Below are positions 13,201 to 23,833 of a stretch of 64,000 nucleotides of DNA, in pieces. A model generated the notes under the pieces. The model had not been told where the DNA came from and made no database searches. It saw nothing but the letters and a program-made list of their open reading frames with translations. The translations under genes and the position numbers were made by a program. How positions within the stretch are numbered: the stretch's first letter is position 1; every line of letters begins with the position of its first letter. Origin of the DNA: Cyanophora paradoxa CCMP329. Lineage: Eukaryota > Plantae > Glaucophyta. The stretch lies in NCBI GenBank assembly GCA_004431415.1, contig QPMI01000117.1, positions 248,001 through 312,000 on the forward strand, in the 5' to 3' direction.

Positions 13201-13275
13201 AGCGACGGGGGAGCCCCCGTTGCGACGTCGACGTCGACGTCGTCGAGTAAGACATCGGTCTGCTCTGTACAATGA
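4210..13275 (+). CDS. multi-exon ankyrin-repeat / TIR / degenerate TIR / coiled-coil / CaaX protein
   Basis: Spliced exons give many ankyrin motifs (WLLARGADVDGRSASRRTPLH, LLDAGADARAADADGATPLHFAA, AGADPNVADGEGATPFLLC, ADVNARNEEGDTPF, GETPLALAASRGYLPLVE, EGKTAFEM); TIR at 10.3-11.0 kb; second TIR-like unit at 11.5-12.6 kb; VERLRRQVAQLRAENSALR coiled coil; ends SKTSVCSVQ* at 13275. One apparent -1 frameshift near 4960. Confidence 0.85.
7101..7215. repeat. 20-bp minisatellite in an intron (5 full copies plus a partial)
   Basis: CGTCGATCCCGAACGCATTT tandem, between donor GTGCGC (7094) and acceptor GCAG (7222). Confidence 0.95.
7623..7666. repeat. (CTGAT)n microsatellite in an intron
   Basis: About 8 tandem CTGAT/CCGAT units. 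Confidence 0.9.
10303..11002 (+). other. TIR domain 1 (TIR_2-type), catalytic Glu retained
   Basis: Spliced: RDVFISYAHKPPEIAEFATRLRDALEARHLSCWLDQMKPSGIAAGTEWRQEIGRGIRASCAVVFVASTHSCSSEWCKRELALARALGRPILPVWRE; box1 FISY and WCxxEL motif. Confidence 0.9.
11540..12590 (+). other. TIR domain 2, degenerate (no catalytic Glu)
   Basis: Spliced: PFLVVCHAGREPGFAGRLARGLRAGGVACWLD...AIGHPKCAGLVPVLSARTIGSDALRDRCALAEDAGLPLFPALL; aligns with TIR1 but SEWCKREL is SDALRDRC. Confidence 0.7.
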
Positions 13276-14834
13276 GGTTTTGAATGAATGTATTAGCCTT
13301 CAAAGTATTTCTTAGTATATATATATATACGTACTACGGTAGTCTTTAAATTTGGCGTGGGGATGGAAGAGAAATATATATGCCGCGCGTATATATATAC
13401 GTGTGCGACCATCCGACCGGCTCCTGGTATACTTCTCAACCTCTTCGAGCTTTCGAAAGTTTGCTGTCCTGCTGACGTCGACCACATTCGGGCGTTCTTC
13501 AAGGCTTGATCTGGGCGGCCAAGGTTCTGAATGCATACCCAGACGCTCCTAAATCGTGAAGCTTCTGGAACACGATCTACTCCAGTGCAGTATCTGATTG
13601 CATTCCCGTCGACATCGTGAATTTAAGCTTGTATTTGAACAGTATATCTCCCCCTTTTCTGTAATTTTCTCGCTCATCGATTCGAAATGATACACATGTT
13701 TTTTTCCCATCAACTTGTTCCTGATGCAACATCCCCCCGGGTCCACATTCACCCCTCACGAGCCCCACCCCTGCTCCTGAAGCAAATCTGTGTGACAGGT
13801 CGTAGCGACTTTGAGGCACCACGTGCTATGACAGGTCGTAGCGACTTTGAGATCTAGGCCCTGGATACGTACTAGATCAATGAAATACGGACCGGATGCC
13901 GCCACCCCTGCTTAATTATAAATATAACCGTTGAACTAGGTCTTCAACGTCGACTCGCCCCCGCCCCCGCTCGTCTCAGGAGGTGCAAGGTGGGGTCTAA
14001 AGTTGGGGCGTTGACAGAATACACCAACTAAATAATGCTCAGCGGCTATCTTCTAGATCTACGCTCGCTAGGCGTAGGCCTGGGCCTGCGCGCAGCGCCG
14101 CCCAGCGGCCGCCCTTGAAGCCTACGATGGAGAGGAGTAACGTCCTGGTGGTCGCGGTTGGCGACCCTTGCCCGGTTCGCGTGCGCGCGCGAGGGACCGG
14201 CATGGGCGCGCGCGGGCCCGATCGAGCGGGCGGGGCCGGCTGGAAGGCTGTTCGATCGCACACTTAGCTACCTGCGACTGAGGCTGAAGGCCGGCAGCGA
14301 CTGCTGGCGCGCGGATTGCTAGAACCGATACGCTTGCCCGCTGGGAGGCGTGGCGGCTTGGGGAGGTTTTCGGACACGCTTCGGAGTCTCTGCGGGGGCC
14401 CACCGGTCGCCGCTATCCCGCGCGCCCTACTCTACGCTCCCGGCGTGCTCCCAGGGGGGTACCTCTCTAGTTCCCGGCAATTATTGCCTTGCAATTGAAG
14501 CTACCGGGTAACTTAAGCTGGAAGCTAAAGCCAATTTCCATTACTACTACCAGTACCGTTGAACATTCGCGCTTCGAAATTAAATTCGACTTGGCCGGCG
14601 CCTTCATGATCAAGGCTTGTCCGTCAAAACTTGACTCAAAGGGTCGATTGACCAAATTTTTTGTGAAGTCAATCGCGAGAAAGAGCCTTAGACGCTGCTA
14701 AGACGCATGGCTGTCAAAAGCCTGTCGACGCGTACGTCATGCATGATCAGTGCCTGTCACGCACGCGTACGTGACGGCGGTGACGCAGCTGCCGCAGTGC
14801 CAGCTGAGTCACAGGCACTCCGGGCACTGCTAGC

Positions 14835-15326
14835 TAGGGCTGGGTTCAGTCACTGTCAGTCAAAGTCAGAGGGTCTGACTGACCCGACTGAGTCACCAAA
14901 TTGGCCGACTGAGGTTCTCTCAGTCCCATACAAAACCCTGCTGGGAGCGTGCCCCCCTGTGGGCTTTTTCCATCTGAAGCTCGACGTGGATCGATCTAAA
15001 AAGGATCTTCTGTCGTCTTACCTCCAGAAAAACAACGAAATCTGAACGAAACCGCCCGCGCTAGCGAGGCTAACGGGGGCCGAATTCCTTTCACCCAGTG
15101 TTCTTATAAGCTTTGCTCGCCTGATCTCTCCCTAGTAGTCCCTACTGCCCGCGCACTGTGCAGTCTGTGCTTGGCAACTTAGATGGATCGCATCTGGGTC
15201 ATTTCCGGGTCATTTTCCTCAGTTTTTGCACGGTAGCCTGACTGAACCTCAGGTTGACTGATTCAGTCACAGTCAGGGGGGCTGAGCGACTGGGTCAGGG
15301 GTGGAGCCTGACTGAACCCAGCACTA
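14835..15326. mobile_element. non-autonomous hAT element (MITE)
   Basis: TIRs TAGGGCTGGGTTCAGTCA / TGACTGAACCCAGCACTA; perfect 8-bp TSD CTGCTAGC (14827-14834, 15327-15334); subterminal AGTCA/TGACT repeats. Confidence 0.9.
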
Positions 15327-15383
15327 CTGCTAGCTGACAGCTGCAGCCTGTGACAGGCTGTGCGCGCACTCTCTAGTTAAGTA

Positions 15384-15737
15384 CTGTAAACGTAGAAAAG
15401 TTCGTCACGGCGTCGAGTTTCAATTTCGACAAAACCCGAAAATCATTTTGAATCGTGACGAAAATATGGTTCGACAGCATCATAATTTCGTCAGCCCCGC
15501 GACTCCGCCATAGACGACGTCTATTTCGTCTATATTCGTCAGACCTGCACTTTGACGAATATTTGATACTCTTGAACGGGATTTTTGTATGGAGAAGGGT
15601 ATACTAGCGGCTGACCCGTCTATGGCGAAGTCGCGGGGTTGACGAAAATATGATGCTGGCGAACCATATGCATATTTTCGTCACGATTTTCAGGTTTTGT
15701 CGAAATTAAGTCTCGACGAACTTTCCTACGTTTACAG
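15384..15737. mobile_element. Tc1/mariner-type MITE with long (~130 bp) imperfect TIRs
   Basis: TA|CTGTAAACGTAG...CTACGTTTACAG|TA; arms ~15384-15518 and ~15617-15737. Confidence 0.85.
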
Positions 15738-15929
15738 TATATAGGAATCATAATACTATGATAATAGGATACGGCCAGACCGGGCCCGGGGTCACAGCTG
15801 CAGTGTACACGTTGCGGCCGGCCGCGGGCAGACTGCGCATGCAGCCTGATGATGCAGGCTGCAGCCTGCGGGCTGCAGCTGCATGCATATGGGCATGCGC
15901 ATTGTTTTTGCGCAGGCACTGCGGCAGGC

Positions 15930-16170
15930 TACTACCGTCGGGCACTAAATTACTGCGGCGTTAATTAACGCGGTTTCGAAAATGGCCCTCCTCTGAGCGA
16001 AATACCGCGGTACTAAATTAACGCGGTTTTAAATCTTTGAGGCTTGTATGGGGCAGTAATTTTAGGGGGTACTGTATTGGGCGATTTTTCAGCAGCAAAT
16101 TACCGCGGCACCAAATTAACACGTTTTAACAAACTTTTGCGCGTTAATTTGGTACCGCGTTAGTTAAGTG
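15930..16170. mobile_element. truncated copy of the pogo-like MITE at 22.7 kb
   Basis: Colinear with 22731-22970 (TACTACCGT..GGCACTAAATTA, TTGAGGCTTGTATGGGGC, AATTACCGCGG repeats); right TIR missing. Confidence 0.8.
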
Positions 16171-16495
16171 GCTAGTACTACTAGGCTAGCAGCCCGCTAG
16201 CTTAGTATTATACCGGTATACCGTAGTACGCGATACGTACTACGGTACGGTAGTAGCTGGCTAGGCCTAGGCTAGCAGCTGCAGCGCACTGCAGTGGGGG
16301 TGACTGCACTTGGCACTGCAGTCACTGAGTGCCAGCCTGGCACTGCGGCAGTGCACCGATTCAGCAACCCTCGGACGCAGCGATCGCGACGCCGCGCCCC
16401 AGGCGCTGAGCACGAGCGGCGTATACTACGCCGTAGAGCTAACGTACTCTTGCCCCCGGCATCCTTGCACTCGCCCCGGCGATACGAGGCTAAAG

Positions 16496-17803
16496 ATGGG
16501 CTCCACTACTTCCCGCTGCATGTAGCTACTCTCGATTGATGAAACCTGCCCGCGTCAAGTTCGGGAGACGCTCGTTCGCAGGTCGAAATATGAGGAGGTT
16601 GAGGTGGAAGCTACATATTACACTCCTCGAAATATAAGCAAGGTGTGCGGAGGAACCGTCATAAATGAGTGGAAAACAGCAAAAAGAGATCACGTGCCCA
16701 CGGATCAAGAGAAATACCGGTGCGTGCAGGAGCCACCGCCGAACAGATCTGCATGCAAGTATCGTAAATTGCGAACTCTGAACAGGTGCATGAAGGCCGG
16801 CGGAAAGGGCATCCTTTCCATAACCTACGATCACGGCTCGAGCTCGCCAACGGGCTCGACTTGTTATGTGCGCGAATCCAGTGATTTGAAACGAGTTTTC
16901 ATCTGCCTGCACGACATCGATATCGATAAGCCGTGATTGCAATCATGCGCAGGACACACGCGCTGCGAAACCCGAGATTAAATCCTACTTATCTTCGACG
17001 TGCATGTGCGACACTCGGCAGCAAGCGGTGGCATGGGCACTTGCATGACGCGTTGCATATGCGCATTCGCGCACATTTGCAGGTCCAAGTCCTGCTGCAA
17101 TGGAACGGAACTCATGAAATGGGATGGAAAAGCCACGAAGGAGATGGAAGTCGAGTGAGCTAGCTGAAATCTCTTGCAATTGGCGTCACACACGGCGTTG
17201 TGCAAACCACCGAACAGATGCAAAAAAGCCGGCGGCAAGTCCCTCGACGAAGTAGCCTTGGATATTGATAACGGGACCTTTTCTAGTTGCATTTACCTGG
17301 TGCGCATACGTCGCATCTATGTCCGGCAGCCGCTGAGCGCCTTTTAATTTTACGGCTGATCGTGAATTGCAATCTTGTTCCGTTGAACCGGTGAATTAAC
17401 TTTCGAACATGTGCGCATGTGCATGCTCTTTCTGCGCATATATATAATTATAATTCGCAATTCTAAACGTAATGGGAGCCTTCTGTTGAGCGCAGGAAGC
17501 TCGATTTCAAGCTGAGCGATGCTAAACGCATTGACGAACCCGTGCAATTGCAAGGTGCGCATTGCTGGCTGTACTACAGTAGTACCACTTGCAGATCACC
17601 TCATATGCATTCTCGCCCGCGTAACCCACGCTTTGTTTTGCGCACCGGCAGCCGCTGAGGAAGACATATGCATGTACAAGGACGCGGAGGTCGAGGGCTT
17701 CGAGGCGGACGAGGAGCTGGACGCGGAGCTGTACGGCCTCACCGGCGGCGCCGGCGCGGAGGAGTTCGGAGCCGAGGCCCCCGCCCCCGAGCTGCAGGCC
17801 TAG
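16496..17803 (+). CDS. multi-exon Cys-module protein A (two CxKAGG repeats) with acidic tail
   Basis: Exons ...SKVCGGTVINEW...EKYR|CMKAGGKG...STCY, SKSCCNGTELMKW...|CKKAGGKS...SSCIY, and a last exon DAEVEGFEADEELDAELYGLTGGAGAEEFGAEAPAPELQA*; start codon uncertain. Confidence 0.55.
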
Positions 17804-19837
17804 GCCCAGGCTCGAGGCCGAGCCGTGCGGGCAAGTGCAAGGACCTCGGCCTGTACTCTACGCATCCAGGCAACGTTGGCGGCATAGCGATAGCTCCAGT
17901 GCAGGCAAACGCAGCTGTCTACATCTTAGTTTGCTAACTAATTCAATGATTACTGCGGGTTGGATACGGATCGGGAGTTGGGCGCGGGGCCGGGCCGAGG
18001 GGGGCGGCCGGGACCCATGCATATGGCCATGGCGCCCACTGGCGGGGCGGGGGCCTACTCGGGCTCTGCGCATGCAGGGCGCGACTACGGGGGGGGAAGG
18101 GGGTGTCCATGGCGACTAAGGCGGGGCCGCGGGGGCGGGGGGGCCGACTAATTATAAGGGAAAGATTATTATTCTGGACGATTTGGCTTCATAAACTTGA
18201 GAGAAGCAATCATTGAATTGGCGCAAGAGTGAAGCATTTAGTGTGCGATATGATGCCTCTGAATACATTTTTGATGTTCACTATCGCGCGGATTCTGTAC
18301 GAGATTTTCCTACATGTACAGCTACGTATACGGCCATTCGAATTCGAAGATCTAGAGGAAAACCTTTATAAGAGGCCAGTTTCGCGGCGAGCAAGTCGGG
18401 CAAGCAGTGCGCCCGGCCGGCGTTGACGTCGTCTTCGTGCCCCAGCGTCGAGTCCCCGGCGGGCCTTAAGCTGCATTGGGATCGTACGCGGCGGGCTGCG
18501 GCCCGGTGCGCGCACGTGCGTCGTGGATCGGAGGGCGTGACCTTAAGCTTGATAAGGCTCTTCGACGGGGCGCGCAGCGCCGATCGCGATGGCGATGTGG
18601 TGATGTCTTCGTTTCGACCGTCCGACGGTCGGACCTCACTGAGTCACCGCGTTTCCCGTGATTTATAAGCTTCCTCCACCTCCGTCTCCGCCTCCGCCTC
18701 ATGATCAGCTGCAGCCTTCGTCACAGTGGGTCAGGTGCACGTGGTCGACACGTACTCGCGCACTCTGCGGCGGCCGTAGTGCTGGGGTACCGCGCGTTCG
18801 AATTCGACCGCGAGCTTCGCGTCGCCGACATGATCATGATCCCGGTACCCCCTCCGCCGCTTCTCACCCCGCCCCCCTCCGCCCAGCCGACGCCGCCCCA
18901 GAACCGGCTCCGTGGCTCGAGGGCGCGATTCGATCGCTCGGCGTCCGTCCTCGGGTCCAACCGATGATCCCTTCCACACCGGCCATCCAGGCCCGCCCGC
19001 AGCCATACCCCTCTCCGCCCCGCCCCGCGCCCCGCCCCACCCGCGCCCCAGGCCTGCCCCGCCCAATGCCCCCCACCCTCGCCAAATCAAAGAAAGGCAC
19101 CTCGGGCTGCATTGGCTGCGGGAGGAGGCGCCCGCCGATCGCGAGGCGCGCCTCGAGCGAACCACCGAACTCCGCGGCCATGTTTCTAGAACCAGCAAGA
19201 GGGCATCTAGGACCGTGTAGCTCATCATGCCACGCCTCCTACTCAACGCCCGGCGCGTATTATATGGTCTGGGCGTGATCTGGACGGCTTCAGCTTCAGC
19301 GACAGCTCGACCACGACAACAAGCTGAAGATCCGATTTTGCCCTTATCCTCCTGTAGCTCGGTTTGGCCTCCATAGTCGCGCCCCGCATGTGCCACGGTG
19401 CAGAGCACGAGAGAAGCCCCTGCACCCCCCCCCCGCCCCCCCCCCCCCCCCCGCCCCCCCCCTCCCTCCCCTCCCCCCATGGCCAGTGGCCGTGGGCGCC
19501 AGGGTCCCGGCCGCCCCCTCGGCCCGGCCCCGCGCCCGACTCCCGACCCGTATCCAACCCGCGGCCGCAGTAATCATTGAATTAGTCAGCAAACTAAGAT
19601 GTAGGCAGCTGCGTTTGCCTGCGCTGGAGCTATCACTATGCCGCCAACGTCTGGATGCGTAGAGTACAGGCTGAGGTCCTTGCAATTGCCCGCACGGCTC
19701 GGCCTCGGGCCTGGGCCTAGGCCTGCAGCTCGGGGGCGGGGGCCTCGGCTCCGAACTCCGCGCCGGCGCCGCCGGTGAGGCCGTACAGCTCCGCGTCCAG
19801 CTCCTCGTCCGCCTCGAAGCCCTCGACCTCCGCGTCC
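17678..19837. repeat. inverted repeat, arms ~17678-18016 and ~19503-19837
   Basis: The last coding exon and 3' flank of gene A is the near-exact reverse complement of 19503-19837. Confidence 0.95.
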
Positions 19838-20510
19838 TCCCCGGCGGCCGCGTCTTCGTCCGAGCACGTGCAATTCACTAAGGGGAATCGCACTCGTGAG
19901 TTGCATATTTAATGAAACTCGAAAAGCTCAGCGGCTTATGATGTTAGAGCGTGCGAGCACCTGAAACGTCTGGTCGCACGTTGATGGAAGGTTCATACAA
20001 GCTTTGCAATCTCGTGCGTTCCAGATCCTTCATATATACCGCGGTGCGCATGCATATATGCGCACGAGAAACACGAGTTATGCTCATTATATTTCTTATG
20101 AGTCAACGTGGGCGAGGACTGTACCGCGACTGGGACTAGGCATTCGTCCTCGCATTCCTCGACGAATTGTGAACGTCCGTCGACGTAAACATTCAAGGTA
20201 CGGCAGTAGTGCTGGTGGACGGAATGGCCGCCGGCTTTCAGGCACCTGTACATGTCCGGAGCCACATGCATGTTAGTAACTTTGTAAGAACTCGAGATGG
20301 CGTGCGCGTTGAAGACGCATGCGCACTGCCATGCTCTCTCATCGTTATTTTTGAATTCTGATCCGAACAAACCCCTGACGTCTGATCCGAGGCAATTGAC
20401 CCCCGACCTAGAGGCTTGTCAGGCACGCGCAGCTAAAGCTGCATGCGCAGGGCGCATATATATATATACCTGCACTGCACGTCCCAACTGGCGCCAACAA
20501 CGCGTGCCAT
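19718..20510 (-). CDS. multi-exon Cys-module protein B, paralog of A
   Basis: MARVVGASWDVQCR|SGVNCLGSDV...AWQ|CLKAGGHS...; same acidic last exon as A; ATG context CTAAAGATGG shared with A. Confidence 0.55.
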
Positions 20511-20739
20511 CTTTAGATGTTACGTATTATATAACGTATACGAAGTTTAGCTGTAGCCTTGAAGCCCCGAAAATGGCAAGCTATAGCCCACTGGCCAGTA
20601 GCAGACTCTAGATCTGAGAGCGTTGCCAGCTGCACTGCGGCAGGCTCTGACAGCGTCTGAGAGACTACTAGGGCTATATACTATGATAGCTAGCGCCAGC
20701 AGCGCTTCGAATTCGAAGGCAGCGCTTCCGTAGGCTACG

Positions 20740-21540
20740 GGTAGACTTGGCCGGCCCGGACAAGCGCTTGGCCACTTGCAATTGGCCGGGTCAAGCACTT
20801 GGCCCGGCTTGAGGCAAGCCGAAGTGGGGGTACACTTCTGCAAGCCCTCAGCGCCGCAGCGAAATGCTAGCGCTATAGCTATAGCTTATTTTGCTTTGAA
20901 TTCGAAAGAAACACATCTAAACACTGATCATGAGCTGCTAATACATATCGACTCGGCAAGCTTCCGCGCGCGGAGCTCGCGACGCTGGCCGTCGACGTCG
21001 GCGCGATATCGATGATCATCGGATACGTATATACCTGCACGCTCTTCATGATCAGACCTCTAGATCTACGATCGATCGCCATGCTAGATCTACCGACGTT
21101 CGCGCGCGATGCCATCGATCGCAGGCACGCGCGCGCGCGTGCCGCGCCGGCTTCGAATTCGCTGCAGCTGCGTCGAAGTACCCCGCGCGCCGATCCCCCC
21201 CCCCCCCCCCCCCCCCCCGGGGCCAGGGCTTGAGCCGGCTTGAGTCGGCCAAAAGCCGGTCAAGCGCTTGGCCGCCCAGCCCGGAGCACCTGCCGAGAGT
21301 TATTCGTATATTGCCGAGAGGCCGAATTCGGCAATTTCGTATATTGCCGAGCTCGAGAGGCCGAATTCGGCAATTTTAAGCCACGGCAATTCTCAGGGGG
21401 TAGGGCTAAACGACCGATGTTGTATGGCGCCATAGAAGAAATCCAGAGTTTCGGCAATTTATCGCCACGGCAATTCCGGTTTTGGTCGAATTCGGAAATT
21501 TAACTACACGGCAATTTAAGCATTAATTCCTACAGTACCG
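20740..21540. mobile_element. probable decayed MITE fragments
   Basis: Clustered CAAGCGCTTGGCC/GGCTTGAG repeats (20750-20820, 21225-21280) and repeated CGGCAATT motifs (21290-21520) ending ...CTACAGTA; no clean TIR/TSD pair. Confidence 0.4.
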
Positions 21541-21744
21541 GCCGCGGTAGCCTAGTACTGTTAGACACAGTCACTGAGTGTTACTACTAACTTACTAGTA
21601 CGGTAGTAGTACCAAGGTCCAAGCCTTTGAAGGGTAGACCCGGGTAGTACATGCACTGTGATGCACATTCGATGATTGCACACTGGTACTGTGGTACACT
21701 GAGCAGTGAGCAGTCACTGCCAGCCTGTGCCAGGCAGTGCCAGC

Positions 21745-22716
21745 TAGGGTTGCCGGCCCGGAGTTCCGGAGCACTGAAACTCCGTACGGAGTGCGGAGTT
21801 CCGGATCCGGATCCGGGTGGGTGGGCGGAACTCCGTACGGAGCGGAGGCCCCCATACAAACCCCGGTTCGAACCCCTACAGCGCCAGTAGCGCAGAAGGC
21901 GGGAGCGGCAGCAATCCGAGCGCTGCAATGAGCAGCAGCAGCAGTCCAATCGAGTTGCCAGACAGTGAGAGGCTGAAGCCGGGCCAGGAGTACTTCCCGC
22001 GCAACGAGACGCGCGGGAAGTGGTGGTGCAAGTTCTGCCGCAGCTGGGGAATCCCGCTCGCACGGTGGAATCTGACGCACGCTCGAACGCACATCCTCGG
22101 CCACGAACGAGCGGGTGAGGGCCCTTAATGTCGAATTAAATTTGTTATGCTAGCGCTGTGCTTATATTTGCACAGGTCATGAAGATTGTCTTCTGCTACT
22201 GGAACCTGCGCGCCCTCAACGAGCCGATCGACGAGGATCAGTTCGAAGAGTGGCTCGCACTCGCGTCCGAGGAGCTCGCCGGTCCGCCCGTCTTTCCTTT
22301 AACTATTTAATTCGAACATCCATTGCAGCTGATCCTGGCCTTGCACAGCCGAGGAGCTCGCAAAGGAGGAGGCGGCAAGGCTGGCATCGAAGACTGGCGG
22401 CAAGCTTGCAGTGGCGGTCGCGGGCGTTGCGTCAGACGGGGCCCCGGCCGCGGGGCCCTCGGGGGTGCTGCCTTCCGTGCAGGACGACGGGGAGGAGGAG
22501 GAGGAGGAGGAGGAGGAGGACGAGGAGGATGACGAGTAGGACGTAGCAATAGCTTAGTCATCTGGGGGCACTCTTACGTGCACGGGGGCGCCTCCCTTCT
22601 GTCATTTTGTTAGGAATCTCTAGTACATACGGAACTCCGTGCGGAACATGCGGAACTCCGGGTCAGTTCCGGTTCCGGGTGGTCTACCCGGAACTCCGTG
22701 CGGAGCGGCAACCCTA
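21745..22716 (+). mobile_element. internally deleted hAT transposon with BED-finger and C-terminal transposase remnants
   Basis: TIR TAGGGTTGCC/GGCAACCCTA; 8-bp TSD GTGCCAGC (21737-21744, 22717-22724); subterminal GGAACTCCG repeats; KWWCKFC...HARTH (BED-like, from ATG 21928) and KIVFCYWNLR (hAT C-terminus, ~22180). Confidence 0.92.
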
Positions 22717-22732
22717 GTGCCAGCAGACAGTA

Positions 22733-23000
22733 CTACCGTGTGGCACTAAATTACCGCGGCATAAATTACCGCGTTAGAAACTCCGGCCCGAGGGTGGCCA
22801 AAATACCGCGGTACCAAATTACCGCGTTTTAAAAAACTTGAGGCTTGTATGGGGCGGTTATTCGGGGGGGTACTGTATGGGGGGACTTCTCAGCAGCGAA
22901 TTACCGCGGTACAAAATTACCGCGTTTTGCCAAATTCTCGACGCGGTAATTTGGTACCGCGGTAATTAGGTGGGCGCGGTATTATAGTGCCACACGGTAG
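22733..23000. mobile_element. pogo/Tc1-like MITE
   Basis: Perfect TIR TACTACCGTGTGGCACTA (22731-22748) / TAGTGCCACACGGTAGTA (22985-23002), TA flanks, internal AATTACCGCG repeats. Confidence 0.88.
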
Positions 23001-23336
23001 TAACTAGTGTCAGTGATGACTCTGATGAGTGATCTACCGGTACTAGGTCCGGTAGTACTGTCAGTCCGTAGTACTGTACTCCCGGAGTCCCGGGCCCCGG
23101 CCCCCGGCTACTCCGTAGTAAGTCCGTACGGTCTGACAGCCGCTGAGCCATGCGTTTTAAGGCTCTTTCTCGCGATTGACTTCGCAAAACAATTTGTTCA
23201 ATCGACCCAACTTGGCAAGGCGCCGGCCCGCCGGCGCCGCCGGGCCGCCGGCCATCTAATGAGTAATGACTAATGACTTGTCTGGAGAGGGGTACTAATG
23301 ACTGACGCGTCTAGGGCGGCATGATGCGCCGGCATC

Positions 23337-23459
23337 GCGGGGCTGACGAGAATTGTCGAAGTTAAAAACAGTCGAACCATCATGGCATATTTTCGTCACG
23401 ATAATCGGGTTTTGTCGAAATTAAGTCTCGACGAAAATTTCTACGTTAACGTTTACAGT
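23337..23459. mobile_element. solo right arm of the 15.4-kb MITE family
   Basis: GCATATTTTCGTCACGAT...GTTTTGTCGAAATTAAGTCTCGACGAA...CGTTTACAG matches 15670-15737. Confidence 0.8.
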
Positions 23460-23833
23460 GCACTAAATATTTCCCGACTTACAGATACAGCCTGGCAGTA
23501 ATTGAGCCTGAGCCTGTGAGCCTGTGAGCCGTACCGGTCACTGGGTCACCGGGTAAAGCTACAGCCTAGTACTGAGCCAGTGAGCCTACAGACTACAGTA
23601 TACTATACGTAGACCGTCGCGATCGGACGCCCGGCGGCGGCGGCGCCCGCCGCGGCCCGTGACAATTGCAAAGCTTTACCTGAGCTGAGCTGAGAGCCTG
23701 CCGCAGTGCCAGGCTGAAACCAGCAGCAGCAGCAGCGCGCGGGTACTACGCCGGGTAGCAGGCACCAGCAGGCTGGCAGCAGCAGGCAGCAGGCAGCAGC
23801 CGCTGAGCAGCATCAGACCGCCAGTCTCTCACA

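Noticed and set aside
4404-13303. Long Arg/Gly/Pro/Ala-rich ORFs on both strands (e.g. 4404-6068, 5999-7636, 6601-7899)
   Set aside because: Stop-poor shadow frames of very GC-rich DNA and intron read-through; the real product is the spliced ankyrin-TIR protein
13793-13851. 23-bp direct repeat TGACAGGTCGTAGCGACTTTGAG
   Set aside because: Only two copies with no associated element; likely a local slippage duplication
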